DNA from: Nemertoderma westbladi
Taxonomy: Eukaryota; Animalia; Xenacoelomorpha
Assembly: GCA_032718475.1 (NCBI GenBank)
Contig: JAUCBJ010006781.1
Span: forward strand, 62,001 to 126,000
Length of the DNA: 64,000 nt
Direction of reading: 5' to 3'
A program made the translations under genes and the position numbers. This document shows positions 37,620 to 50,500 of the stretch, piece by piece (the stretch's first letter is position 1; each line of letters opens with the position of its first letter). The notes under the pieces were generated by a model that saw nothing but the letters and a program-made list of their open reading frames with translations, was not told the DNA's origin and ran no database searches.

Positions 37620-39473
37620 CCAAAGGACTACTGGATTGCCCTAACAGACATTCTAATGCAAAAAGTTGTCGCAACTTCAACTGTATTCTACGCCCAGTAC
37701 TGCACAGAAACATTGGCTGCGAAAATAAGCAATCTGGAAACGCTAGTAGCAGAAGGAAAGTGTCCCGCATATATACTAAACAGCGAGGCCGTTCTAGGGA
37801 GATGCATACCAACGCTAATTAAAGATATACTAACATCAGGAGTTTCAACGGTTTATGAATTAAATAATGCGGAAATGACGGTGAAGACGTATCTACAAGC
37901 TCCAGGTGGATTCGAGATTGTCATCCCAGCTGGAACCGGAGGTTTATTCGAAAATATCGATGTTAACACGATTCAACAGGCAGGAACAGCCCTAACTACT
38001 TTATTAGACTTTGAAGACATAACTGCGAAAATATTCAAAGACTTCGGCTCTTGTTGGCCTTGGATAGTGGGTTTGCTCACAATGGGTATGATTTTCGCTT
38101 TATTCTGGGTTATCATAATGCGTTGGATCGCGGGTATAGTTGTGTGGATCCAGCTGATAGCGCTGCTGTTAGGTTTGGTGTTCGGGTTGTGGTACACGTG
38201 GGAGCAATACATAGCCGTATCAGCTAGCACTGTAAACGCAACAGCGTTCGCATTCTCGACAGACTTCTCTTACTACACAGGTCGAACGGAGTTCTGGCTA
38301 GCTTGCGCGATCACAGATGGTGTCATCCTTATCATTCTAATAATTTTACTTCTGTTTCTTTGCAAAAGAATTCGACTCGGAATACAAATGATTAAAGAAG
38401 GAAGTAAGGCGATTTCCGCTATGATGTTAACCTTATTCTACCCCTTGTTTGGTTATCTTCTTATATTGATAATTTTCGGAGGGTTTGGTGTAATAGCTGT
38501 CTATCTAGCTAGCAATGGAACACCGTACTATACTATAAGTTCCACCGACACAAACATAGCTGATACTACTTGCGATCCCGCGACATTCTCGCCGGCAAAC
38601 ACCGGAGATACATGTATGTTCAAGAACTACGGGGGTGATCCAAACATATTTCGTCTTCAAATCTACAATCTTTTCGCTTTGTTCTGGAATATGAATTTTG
38701 TAATGGCTTTCACTCAAGTTTCTTTAGCAGGCGCTTTCGCTTCTTGGTTCTGGGCTTTCGTTAAGCCAGACGATGTCCCTCTATTCCCACTCCTTTACGC
38801 CCAAGGGAGGGCGTTAAGATATCATCTGGGATCCTTGGCATTCGGTAGTCTTATCATTGCGATTGTTCAAATGATTCGAGTTATTCTAGAATACATTGAG
38901 TTCAAAGTTAAAGACAATGATAATATCATTGCGAAGTTCGTATTGAAATGTTTGAAATGTTGTTTTTGGTGTCTTGAAAAGATTATACGTTTTCTCACAA
39001 AGAACGCCTACATAATGATAGCAGTTCATGGAAAGAATTTCTGCCGTTCTGCTAAAGATGCGTTTTTTCTTCTTCTAAGAAATATAGTAAGAGTAGCGGT
39101 TCTCAACGGAATTACAGGGTTTCTATTGCTGATCGGGAAACTCGTTGTTACGGCAGCGATTGGAGTTCTAAGTTTCTTTTGTTTCAGCGGCCAGATTAAG
39201 ATTCCGTATTACAAGGTCGGAGTTGTTCCTCTTAATTACTACTACGTTCCAATGATAGTTGTTATTATCGGAACCTACGTGATCGCCTCAATGTTCTTTA
39301 GTGTCTATGATATGGCGATAGATACGCTATTTCTATGTTTTTTGGAAGACATGGAGCGGAATGATGGAAGTCCTGAGAAACCGTATTTTATGTCGAAAAG
39401 TTTGATGAGCCTAGCAGGAAAGAAAAACAAAAAAGAAAAAAAGAAAAAAGAAAAGGAACAGAAAACTGATTAA
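37602..39473 (+). CDS. SLC44A2: Choline transporter-like protein, coding exon 2 (total 737 aa)
   Basis: Acceptor TTCTCCAG|GTC gives TPQ|VCVDACP. Multiple TM helices; LAGAFASWFW, RYHLGSLAFGSLI, CCFWCLEK, NAYIMIAVHGKNFCRSAKDAF, DTLFLCFLEDMERNDGSPEKPYFMS. Confidence 0.96.
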   Translation, partial: VCVDACPKDYWIALTDILMQKVVATSTVFYAQYCTETLAAKISNLETLVAEGKCPAYILNSEAVLGRCIPTLIKDILTSGVSTVYELNNAEMTVKTYLQAPGGFEIVIPAGTGGLFENIDVNTIQQAGTALTTLLDFEDITAKIFKDFGSCWPWIVGLLTMGMIFALFWVIIMRWIAGIVVWIQLIALLLGLVFGLWYTWEQYIAVSASTVNATAFAFSTDFSYYTGRTEFWLACAITDGVILIILIILLLFLCKRIRLGIQMIKEGSKAISAMMLTLFYPLFGYLLILIIFGGFGVIAVYLASNGTPYYTISSTDTNIADTTCDPATFSPANTGDTCMFKNYGGDPNIFRLQIYNLFALFWNMNFVMAFTQVSLAGAFASWFWAFVKPDDVPLFPLLYAQGRALRYHLGSLAFGSLIIAIVQMIRVILEYIEFKVKDNDNIIAKFVLKCLKCCFWCLEKIIRFLTKNAYIMIAVHGKNFCRSAKDAFFLLLRNIVRVAVLNGITGFLLLIGKLVVTAAIGVLSFFCFSGQIKIPYYKVGVVPLNYYYVPMIVVIIGTYVIASMFFSVYDMAIDTLFLCFLEDMERNDGSPEKPYFMSKSLMSLAGKKNKKEKKKKEKEQKTD

Positions 39474-39714
39474 ACTTAACTGTACTTAAATGTGTTAGCT
39501 GTTCACCAAGTCTTATAATTAACCCTAATTACACTTAATTAATTAATAAATTACTGTAGGGCAATTGGTGGATGATGCATAATGGGGTGATACGTGGATT
39601 CTAGAATGGTTAATCAACCAATTAACTGTCGGAGATCAATAGCTACCTAACGTGGAACGATTATCGGGATAACTTCACAATTTAAAAATTAATGACATAA
39701 TTAATTGATGATAA

Positions 39715-41250
39715 ACAAAAGTAAACAATTACACAAGTGAACAAGTACATAAGTGAACTAGTAAAATAGTGAACAAGTAAACTAGTACACAAGTGAACAA
39801 GTACAAAAGTGAACTAGTGAACAAGTAAACTAGTACACAAGTGAACAAGTACATAAGGGAACTAGTAAATAAGTGAACAATTAAACTAGTACCCAAGTGA
39901 ACAAGTACATAAGTGAACTAGTAAACAAGTGAGCAAGTAAACTAGTACACACGTGAACAAGTACAAAAGTGAACTAGTAAACAAGTGAACAAGTAAACTA
40001 GTACACAAGTGAACAAGTACAAAAGTGAACTAGTAAACAAGTGAGCAAGTAAACTAGTACACAAGTGAACAAGTACAAAAGTGAACTAGTAAACAAGTGA
40101 ACAAGTAAACTAGTACACAAGTGAACAAGTACATAAGTGAACTAGTAAACAAGTGAACAAGTAAACTAGTACACAAGTGAACAAGTACATAAGTGAACTA
40201 GTAAAATAGTGAACAATTAAACTAGTACACAAGTGAACAAGTACATAAGTGAACTAGTAAAATAGTGAACAATTAAACTAGTACCCAAGTGTTAAAGTAC
40301 ATAAAGTGAACTAGTAAACAAGTGAACAAGTAAACTAGTACACAAGTGAACAAGTACATAAGTGAACTAGTAAACAAGTGAACAAGTAAACTAGTACACA
40401 AGTGAACAAGTACATAAGTGAACTAGTAAACAAGTGAACAAGTAAACTAGTACACAAGTGAACAAGTACATAAGTGAACTAGTAAAAAAGTGAACAATTA
40501 AACTAGTACCCAAGTGAACAAGTACATAAAGTGAAATAGTAAAAAAGTGAACAATTAAACTAGTACCCAAGTGAACAAGTACATAAGTGAACTAGTAAAT
40601 AAGTGAACAATTAAACTAGTACACAAGTGAACAAGTACATAAGTGAACTAGTAAAAATGTGAACATTTAAACTAGTACACAAGTGAACAATTAAACTAGT
40701 ACACAAGTGAACAATTAAACTAGTACACAAGTGAACAAGTACATAAGTGAACTAGTAAAAAATTGAACAATTAAACTAGTACACAAGTGAACAAGTACAT
40801 AAGTGAACTAGTAAAAAAGTGAACATTTAAACTAGTAAACAAGTGAACAAGTAAACTAGTTCACAAGTGAACAAGTAAACTAGTTCACAAGTGAACAAGT
40901 ACATAAGTGAACAAGTAAACTAGTACACAAGTGAACAAGTACACAAGTAAACTAGTAAAAAGGTGAACATTTAAACTAGTACACAAGTGAACAAGTACAT
41001 AAGTGAACTAGTAAAAAAGTGAACAATTAAACTAGTACACAAGTGAACAAGTACACTAGTTCACAAGTGAACAAGTAAACTAGTACACAAGTGAACAAGT
41101 ACATAAGTGAACAAGTAAACTAGTACACAAGTGAACAAGTACATAAGAGAACTAATAAAAAAGTGAACAATTAAACTAGTACACAAATAAAACAAGTAAA
41201 CTAGTACACAAGTGAACAACAAAAAAAGTACACAAGTGAAACAAGTACTA
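39715..41250. repeat. 8 bp-monomer satellite with a 56 bp (7x8) higher-order unit, downstream of SLC44
   Basis: AAGTGAAC-AAGTACAT-AAGTGAAC-TAGTAAAC-AAGTGAAC-AAGTAAAC-TAGTACAC. Confidence 0.93.
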
Positions 41251-44184
41251 TACATTACTGTAATTCGCGTTGGTAACCTGTTATGACGGATTTTTATACC
41301 AATTTACATGTAAATTGTATTATAATAATTGAATTATTAATATTATTACATTGAATGTTCCGCTATGGATTTATACTTTAGCTCTATGCGTTGAAAATTA
41401 TTCACTTTGTTCAATGAAACGCACCTCTATTGTTTATTTCAATATGACTGCCATAAACTGTGCCTCTAGATATCTTACAGTATCTTATTCGAAAGAACGC
41501 TAGTTCCTAATATTTTTCGTAACACGAAAATTAATAATCTATAAATTTTTGTAAAAACTTTAACAAAAATTATAATATATCTTATTTCGGAAAATTATAT
41601 TTAATTTCACAGAGCCGACTAGCTTGTATATTAATCGCTGTTAGCCAAATCCACCACCTCCACTCGCTTTTCATTATTTATTCTAAATTTTCATTGCGTA
41701 TTAATTAATTGGCGATGGTATGATCCTACTGTAATAATAATAATTAAATCCGTGAACTTGAACTACTTTGAACAGTATAGGCTCGTATAATGTGGCTCGC
41801 CACATATAATAACAGAGTTGTCCATGAAGTGTTTTATGTAACATGTTTGAATTTTACATGTCAAAGTACAATTAGAAAGATAACATCCATGCAGAGCATT
41901 CTGTAATTAAATGATGTAGGCCTAACTAAATATTTCGCAAATATTTTTCATACAGAATGATTGACTTTATTAAATTTTGCATGGCCCCATGTAGGATGGA
42001 AGGGAGGTAGCAATACCAGATTATTGAGATACTAAACATACAAATTAAGAATTTTTGTATTAACAACATTACGAAAAAAATGAGCACCAATTTAATGAGG
42101 TTTACTATCTGCCAGGAATGAATCACCTTTAATTGCCACATCGATATATATTGCCTAGAATTCGTTACAACAAACCGGCAGTCCATTAAACTGATGTTCT
42201 AATTGAATATTAACGGTAACCAGATTAACTTTATGATACGACCACGGAAACGAACTAAATTCCAGGAACGCTATACTAATTTCCAAAGATGTTGTCGCAC
42301 CGAGCCCCTATTCACTTACAGACTTAATTACGAGTTACTACTGTAGCCCGCATACTATTAGATTTCTTGATTTCATTCCATTTTAGGATTCTAACAAATA
42401 GCATTACATGAATTTTAGTCGCCCCTTTTACCCAATGGATATTCCTGTAGGTTACGAATCTGACTTCTTAGATTAAATTATGGGTGTCGCGTCACACGTG
42501 ACACATTACAAGTAACGTAATTAATAATGAATGTTAGATTCTCATCGAAACTGGTTGGCATGGCGTACGTATGTAATTTGACAGACTCTTTTTTGTCTTC
42601 AAAGACACCAGAGTGTTTATATAAAAACACACTGGGGATTTTTATAAAAATATTTATATGAAAAAAAAAACAATTTTCGAAAGCGAGTAAAGAAAGGCGA
42701 CCTCTCGCAAATTAGTGAATTTATTAATTCCATGAGTCAAAATGAAACTAAACTTGTAACCAGAAAGGTTAATAATCTACATGACTTAAAAAACAAACTA
42801 AACAATTAACTACCGAAATACATAATTATAATAAATATATATAAATAAATATATTATAATAAATATAATTTCGCGTTTTCTGTAATCCCCCCCCCCCCCC
42901 CCCCCCGCCCTATATACAAAAATTTTATGTGTACCAGATTGTCAACAAGATAACGAATCAGTAAACAAAATTATTTTTCATCGACTTGTTTTTTATTAAT
43001 TTTTCAAATAAACTTTTCAATGAATACGAATTGGCTAAGAATACGAATCCCATTGACGCACGTGAAATAACATGGTGTGTTGACTTTTACTATGATATCG
43101 GCTCTGTAAAAACTGGTGTAAGTAGAAAAAGGTGTATTGTTCTATTTATTCTACTTGTTTTTTTAGATACCTGATGCAAAATACAATTTGTTTACGCCGC
43201 CTGCACTAGGGTAGTATAGGGACTTCTACACCATCTCAGATTAATGGTTGTATTTAATGCAGTAACTTTCTGTTAGATTCTTAGCAGTGATTATACGCAT
43301 GGTAAAAAACAATAATAAGATGCAGAAATAAGTTTTCTTCACTTTTCTTTAAACTTTTTCAGAATTATTTTTCAGAGATAAGTTTTGTTAATTTTGCTTT
43401 GCCACTACTTTTTGTCTCGCCATTACTATGTGTTATATAGCATTCTATATTGTAAAAAGGACACACTCAATGGCCGTAATATGTGTTACTTTTCACCGAG
43501 ACTTTACAACAGCTCTGACAAGTTGATGATATGTAACAAATATTAATAAAAACAATGAATTTTAATTAAATTATATTTATTAAAATCATAAAATTCGATA
43601 TAAACAAATAAATATTTCAAAACCCACATATACTACAATACAGACAAAGTATATATTATGCCTCCATACCTGTACACCTTTATAGTATTATGTGGTGTAC
43701 AACATTGAAGTGGCTACTTTATATATAACAAGAAGGAACATTTAAGACAATGTTTGCTATTAACATTTTATATAAGGCACCAAGTTTTGCATCACCGACA
43801 ATATAATAATATCGAATTTACAATTCGTTACGCTTGCGTTACCAGCTTATAAATTCAAATAGGGAAGCAAAATAAATAAATAAATATACATTTATCGACT
43901 TACATATACAAGCACTGTTTCTATTTATACATAATATATGCAACTAAAACACCAACCAAATATTATTTATGTCAAACAAAACGTTTTTCAGTAATTCTTT
44001 TTGGATTATTATCAATTTAGAATAAAACCACGTACTCGGTGTGGAGTCCCGAATAGACGGGGCGACACGGCAATGAATTTTTGAAATAAAATCCACCCAC
44101 AATTCTCCTATTCCAGCCACCCCGACTATTAGCATAATGAAATTTTTCCACCCAACCCGTTTATTAGGGACTCCAGAGTACATA

Positions 44185-44980
44185 TATACTTGTAAAGTAC
44201 TTTACAGTGTTATTATCCTCGTATCAGTACTAGCACTCACTCGCTATGTTCTTTCTTGTAACAAACAACTCGGATTAGAACATAGAAACTATAATTAAAG
44301 TGCTACTTTTTTCCCGGTATGTATATAGTTATCATGAATTTATTCCAAAATTGTAACATTACTCAACGCCGTTAATATTAACAACGAGTTTTGTTATTTA
44401 GCACTTTACAAGTACAGTAGTACTAGTTAGTCCATTACAACCGGTACATTTAGTGATATAATATTATGTTGTAATGTCCCAATAGAGCGACTTTACAGTG
44501 CACCCGTTCAATGTAAGTGAATCTTTGGGATCGCCATGGTTACCACATAAACAAAAGTTGGTATTTATTATTAATTGCCTGACATGACAGCCAGATAGGT
44601 CTACTGCATTACCTACTGGTAGGCGGGGTATAGCTATTAATAACCAGTAGCTATAAACTATTAACATGGCTCCAAACGCCACCATAAATATAAGCTAACT
44701 TATTTATAACATAATTTATGTCATTTTTACATTTATTTATACAGCAACTAATATAATTTGTGCAGTTTCTATCACTTATAATGTATATGTACAATAATTT
44801 CGTAATGTTAAAATTTTGGAATAAAACTACATACATACTTGTTGCAAAGTACTTTACAGTGTTCTGATCCTCGTGGCTTTATTTTCACTCACTCACTAAC
44901 GTTCGTTCGTGTAACAAAGCCACTCGAATCATCACACTGTGAAGTGCTACTTTACACACAACTATGTAAATAGTTTTTAT
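44185..44980 (+). repeat. Pair of diverged ~140 bp dispersed repeats (~44185-44330 and ~44835-44980)
   Basis: Shared AAAGTACTTTACAGTGTT..ATCCTCGT...CACTCACTC...GTAACAAA..ACTCG...AAGTGCTACTTT. Confidence 0.7.
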
Positions 44981-45248
44981 TTACAAATATTTTTTTCGTA
45001 CAATAAAACCCTTTAAATTAATTTTTCACAAAATTGGTATTATATATATATAAATCTTGAGTGAATAAAAACCGTTAAATATGCAAATGGATTGTGAAAC
45101 GAATTTTGCAGCAAAAATTAAGGAAAAAAGAACTGCCTTATTATTTATTAATTGCCACGAACATATTTACAATATTAATTTAATTTATTTTTCTCTTTTC
45201 TATTTATTTATTTTTATACTAAATATTATTTATATCAATTTTGATTGA

Positions 45249-45393
45249 TTATTTGGTTGATATGTCTCCCCTGACCACATCCGTCGGTGCATTGTATTGT
45301 AACCATGACAACTGCATTCCTCTCTTGAACTGCTCGAAGAGAACAAACATACAAATATTCCAGGTCCCCAAACGCATAAACGACGGCATAAAC
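45249..45393 (-). CDS. UCP2: Mitochondrial uncoupling protein (UCP1-3-like), last coding exon
   Basis: Acceptor TTTCCAG|G, phase 2, giving FYKG|FMPSFMRLGTWNICMFVLFEQFKR...STK*. Confidence 0.93.
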
Positions 45394-47372
45394 CTGGAAA
45401 TAAAGTAAACAATGACATAAACCTGGAAATAAAGTAAACAATGACATAAACCTGGAAATAAAGTAAACAATGACATAAACCTGGAAATAAAGTAAACAAT
45501 GACATAAAGCTAGGAAATAAAGTAAACAATGACATAAACCTGGAAATAAAGTAAACAATGACATAAACCTGGAAATAAAGTAAACAATGACATAAAGCTA
45601 GGAAATAAAGTAAACAATGACATAAAGCTAGGAAATAAAGTAAACAATGACATAAACCTGGAAATAAAGTAAACAATGACATAAACCTGGAAATAAAGTA
45701 AACAATGACATAAACCTGGAAATAAAGTAAACAATGACATAAACCTGGAAATAAAGTAAACAATGACATAAACCTGGAAATAAAGTAAACAATGACATAA
45801 ACCTGGAAATAAAGTAAACAATGACATAAACATGGAAATAAAGTAAACAATGACATAAACCTGGAAATAAAGTAAACAATGACATAAACCTGGAAATAAA
45901 GTAAACAATGACATAAACCTGGAAATAAAGTAAACAATGACATAAACCTGGAAATAAAGTAAACAATGACATAAACCTGGAAATAAAGTAAACAATGACA
46001 TAAACCTGGAAATAAAGTAAACAATGACATAAACCTGGAAATAAAGTAAACAATGACATAAACCTGGAAATAAAGTAAACAATGACATAAACCTGGAAAT
46101 AAAGTAAACAATGACATAAAGCTAGGAAATAAAGTAAACAATGACATAAACCTGGAAATAAAGTAAACAATGACATAAACCTGGAAATAAAGTGAACAAT
46201 GACATAAACCTGGAAATAAAGTAAACAATGACATAAACCTGGAAATAAAGTAAACAATGACATAAACCTGGAAATAAAGTTAACAATGACATAAACCTGG
46301 AAATAAAGTAAACAATGACATAAACCTGGAAATAAAGTAAACAATGACATAAACCTGGAAATAAAGTAAACAATGACATAAACCTGGAAATAAAGTAAAC
46401 AATGACATAAACCTGGAAATAAAGTAAACAATGACATAAACCTGGAAATAAAGTAAACAATGACATAAACCTGGAAATAAAGTAAACAATGACATAAACC
46501 TGGAAATAAAGTAAACAATGACATAAACCTGGAAATAAAGTAAACAATGACATAAACCTGGAAATAAAGTAAACAATGACATAAACCTGGAAATAAAGTA
46601 AACAATGACATAAACCTGGAAATAAAGTAAACAATGACATATACCTGGAAATAAAGTAAACAATGACATAAACATGGAAATAAAGTAAACAATGACATAA
46701 ACCTGGAAATAAAGTAAACAATGACATAAACCTGGAAATAAAGTAAACAATGACATAAACCTGGAAATAAAGTAAACAATGACATAAACCTGGAAATAAA
46801 GTAAACAATGACATAAACCTGGAAATAAAGTAAACAATGACATAAACCTGGAAATAAAGTGAACAATGACATAAACCTGGAAATAAAGTGAACAATGACA
46901 TAAACCTGGAAATAAAGTAAACAATGACATAAACCTGGAAATAAAGTAAACAATGACATAAACCTGGAAATAAAGTAAACAATGACATAAACCTGGAAAT
47001 AAAGTAAACAATGACATAAACCTGGAAATAAAGTAAACAATGACATAAACCTGGAAATAAAGTAAACAATGACATAAACCTGGAAATAAAGTAAACAATG
47101 ACATAAAGCTAGGAAATAAAGTAAACAATGACATAAACCTGGAAATAAAGTAAACAATGACATAAACCTGGAAATAAAGTAAACAATGACATAAACCTGG
47201 AAATAAAGTAAACAATGACATAAACCTGGAAATAAAGTAAACAATGACATAAACCTGGAAATAAACCTGGAAATAAAGTAAACAATGACATAAACCTGGA
47301 AATAAAGTAAACAATGACATAAACCTGGAAATAAAGTAAACAATGACATAAAGCTAGGAAATAAAGTGAACA
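45380..47372 (-). repeat. 29 bp tandem repeat of the UCP last-intron 3' splice junction, ~68 copies
   Basis: Minus-strand unit GTTTATGTCATTGTTTACTTTATTTCCAG. Degenerate copies continue to 47540 and again at 51216-51275. Confidence 0.97.
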
Positions 47373-47537
47373 AAAGCAAAAATACGGAAAATTAGGTAAA
47401 GAACAGCTTAAAGTTTGAGAATAATGTCACCGATGACATTAAAATGGAATATAAAGTAAATAAGGATTAAACTTGGAAAAAATCAAACAATGGCATAAAA
47501 CTGTAAATTAAAACTGAGAAATAAAGTTAACTTAATG

Positions 47538-47540
<3 letters not shown>

Positions 47541-47579
<39 letters not shown>

Positions 47580-50500
47580 ATAAATTCCCGGCTTACGCCC
47601 CGGTGGCTATATTCACTTAACCGCAAAATAAAATGTTCGTGCACTGGTTAAAAGAAGAACAATATGTGACAGAGGGTAGTATATGAATTAAAAATATTTA
47701 AGGAAGATGCCAAATCATGACTTTAAGATTAATATAGATTACCATATTATATGCCATAACGTTCCATTACTATACAATATCTATTATTATCGCGTATCTA
47801 TTTATTAACGAATATATGAAAAACCCCGTCACTTGTAAACAAAATAGGATAGTGTACAGGTAAATTATTGCACAAATGTAAAAAATTAAACAATTTATAA
47901 TATATAGAGCGATAGTGTAATAAAATCATAGAGCGCGTTATATAATAACGTTCAACTAAATAAATGATTATATACTTTTTAAACAAAAATTAACGATCAT
48001 ATTACGATCATTACAATTAAAGTCGAAAATAGTGTCATAAAATATCAGTCACTTAGTTATTTTTTATGGTAATTAATCTAAATAAGAATCAAATAGTAAC
48101 TGTAATAGTTAGTAACAAGAAAAAGTGAGGCTTAATAAAAATATTTATAATTCGATTAAATTGTATCAGAAAATAAATAAAATATGAAACAAGCACGCAT
48201 ACATGTACTGTATGTTATGATGGATGCTAGATGCACAAACTGTTGTATATATCTATACCAATATACCAACTATAAAATAATAATAACAATATCATTAACA
48301 ATATATATATATATATTAATCTCATAGATTATATGATAAAAAGAAGACTTTATGGTTAGAAACGGTGTCTAAATCAGTCTGTAAAAGTTTGATGTGTAGG
48401 TTTAGTCTAGCCCAAAGAACGATAATATTGTAGTATGTTTGGATGTATGGTCATTATTGCAGTTGTTTAGGATTGATCGGAAATAAGAGCTATGAAACTT
48501 TTCTTTGAAGGTTAGGGGGATGTTTCCAGCTTTAGTTCTGACCTTTGCTCCTTTTAACACCTTCTTCACACAGTATTGTGAGGTAGCAATACTAGTGAGT
48601 GTCGGGAGACCTTCTTGCCACGATAAAAGTTCATGGGGTGGTGCGTCCAGTGGTTCAGCTATTTCTGATTGTGGGGACATTGAACACGCATCTATAGTTG
48701 CATAGTCTGTACTTTCATCAGTATCACTCTCAAAGGTAAATTTACTGCTCCTGCTCTTCTTTTTGTAACGTTTCGACTTTTTCTTTTTTGACTTTTTGTT
48801 GCTGTTTTTGTTATTATTCAAGATAGTTTCTTTGGTGATACCTTCATTCCTTAGTTGTGTGTTGTCTGAGTGAGTAGTCTCTGAGTCTGAGTCATTGTGA
48901 TCTTTTCCCTGCATGGGATTGGTCGAATTACAGCAAAATCTACAGGTAGATGTAGGTTGTTGTGTCTGTAACTCGTCTAGGCCGTTTTCCATGGCATCCA
49001 CCTTATTTTGTGTTACTCGCAATTGGCTGTTTATTGTTTTCACTTCGACTTGCAGGTTGGCTACAAGGTCCACAAGTTGGAAAAGGCTGAAGGTGTCGAG
49101 GGTTCCTATATGCACCCTTTTCTTAAAAATGGGTGTAATTGCGGAGCTTTCAGCAACCAGTGCAAACTCAGCCACGTCAGCTGCTAGTTCATCAATGGAG
49201 CGACGGTTTATTGCACTTATGTTGAGGCTTGGAGTGCTCCCCAGAATATTTGTCTTTATATGTTCAAAGAGCATCTTTTGTATGTTATTTAAAGATTCAA
49301 GGCCTATAGGTAATAGTGCCCGAATAAGTATGTCTTTAGGGTTCCTTAGAATATTCGAGTCGATTAGAATTTTTAATACATCCAGTGCTGTGTTTGCTTT
49401 TCGCAATTTTGTGTGGCTCCCTTGGAAGCCAGCGTTGTGGATTTCATTCTGGGTGGATTCGTTTTGAGATCGGGTGTGTGGGGCATGGTGACCCTGGGAT
49501 TTATTTGTTGGTACTCGTCCAGTTGTGTTCTCTGCAGATTTAGTTTTTTGTTGTTTGCCGGTCTTTATTCCAAAGTTTGGGCCAGTGTTTAAGAATCTTT
49601 CATCTTGAGGTGCATTTGGTTTCATTACCGATTTTCTTTCTATGGAAGTTGCCATCCAAACTCTACCCTGTGCACATTCGTTATTTGTCATTTTCTTGGC
49701 AAAAACGTTATTTTCTTTAGGGAAAGCAAGCATATAGGAATACACACACACGAAAATCCCACAGTCGACGTTATTTGTTTGCTTTGGGAATTGAGACATG
49801 TTTGGGGCTTGTATTGGGCGCCATTGGTCAAAGTTTAGACTTGAGGGTAAAGTTTTCGTAGAGGGGGTCAGGTTATCAATTGTGTTAAGGACGTTGCATA
49901 GTGCTTTTGTTGTGTTTGTGTAATATGGGTTTCCCATTGGACAGAGAGTATAAATTTCTTTGTCCTTAGGGATAGCGACATGTAATACAAAGTGCCCTAT
50001 TGGAGTATTAGAATATTGTCTACACTCTGGGATTAGCAAAATTTCTATGTCTGGTCGTTTGTATCTACTACTGGCAAATTTGACCAAGGAAAACATATCA
50101 CTTAGTGGTGTACTGAGCTTGGTCGAAAACTCTGTAGGTAAAATGCCTACACGAAAATTTGTGCTTTCCTCTAGGAGGTAGAGAACGGAGTTTACTAGTG
50201 CATCGTTTATACATGTACCTGGGCTCAACAAAATCATATCGTCCTTTGTAAGTTTGGTTAAAATATTCTCCATGTTTGTTGGCTTGCACTTTGTATTTAA
50301 TAGAGTCAAATATTTCTCACTAGCCAGGAAACGTTTAATTTTAACTCGTTTTTGATCTTCATCACTGTTGTCTATCGGTGGGTGGTACGTTTCATACAAA
50401 AGTTCGATGGGATTGTGGTCGTCATCGCTTAGGAGATCATCTCGGTTCCTTGGCTTGATCTTCTCCGAAACGTCACCTCTGTGTTCGGCGGATTCGGCCA

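Noticed and set aside
45394-47379. Hydrophobic repeat ORFs, and the arrays as possible CRISPRs
   Set aside because: Contiguous tandem units with no unique spacers, no cas genes, and a eukaryotic intronic context.
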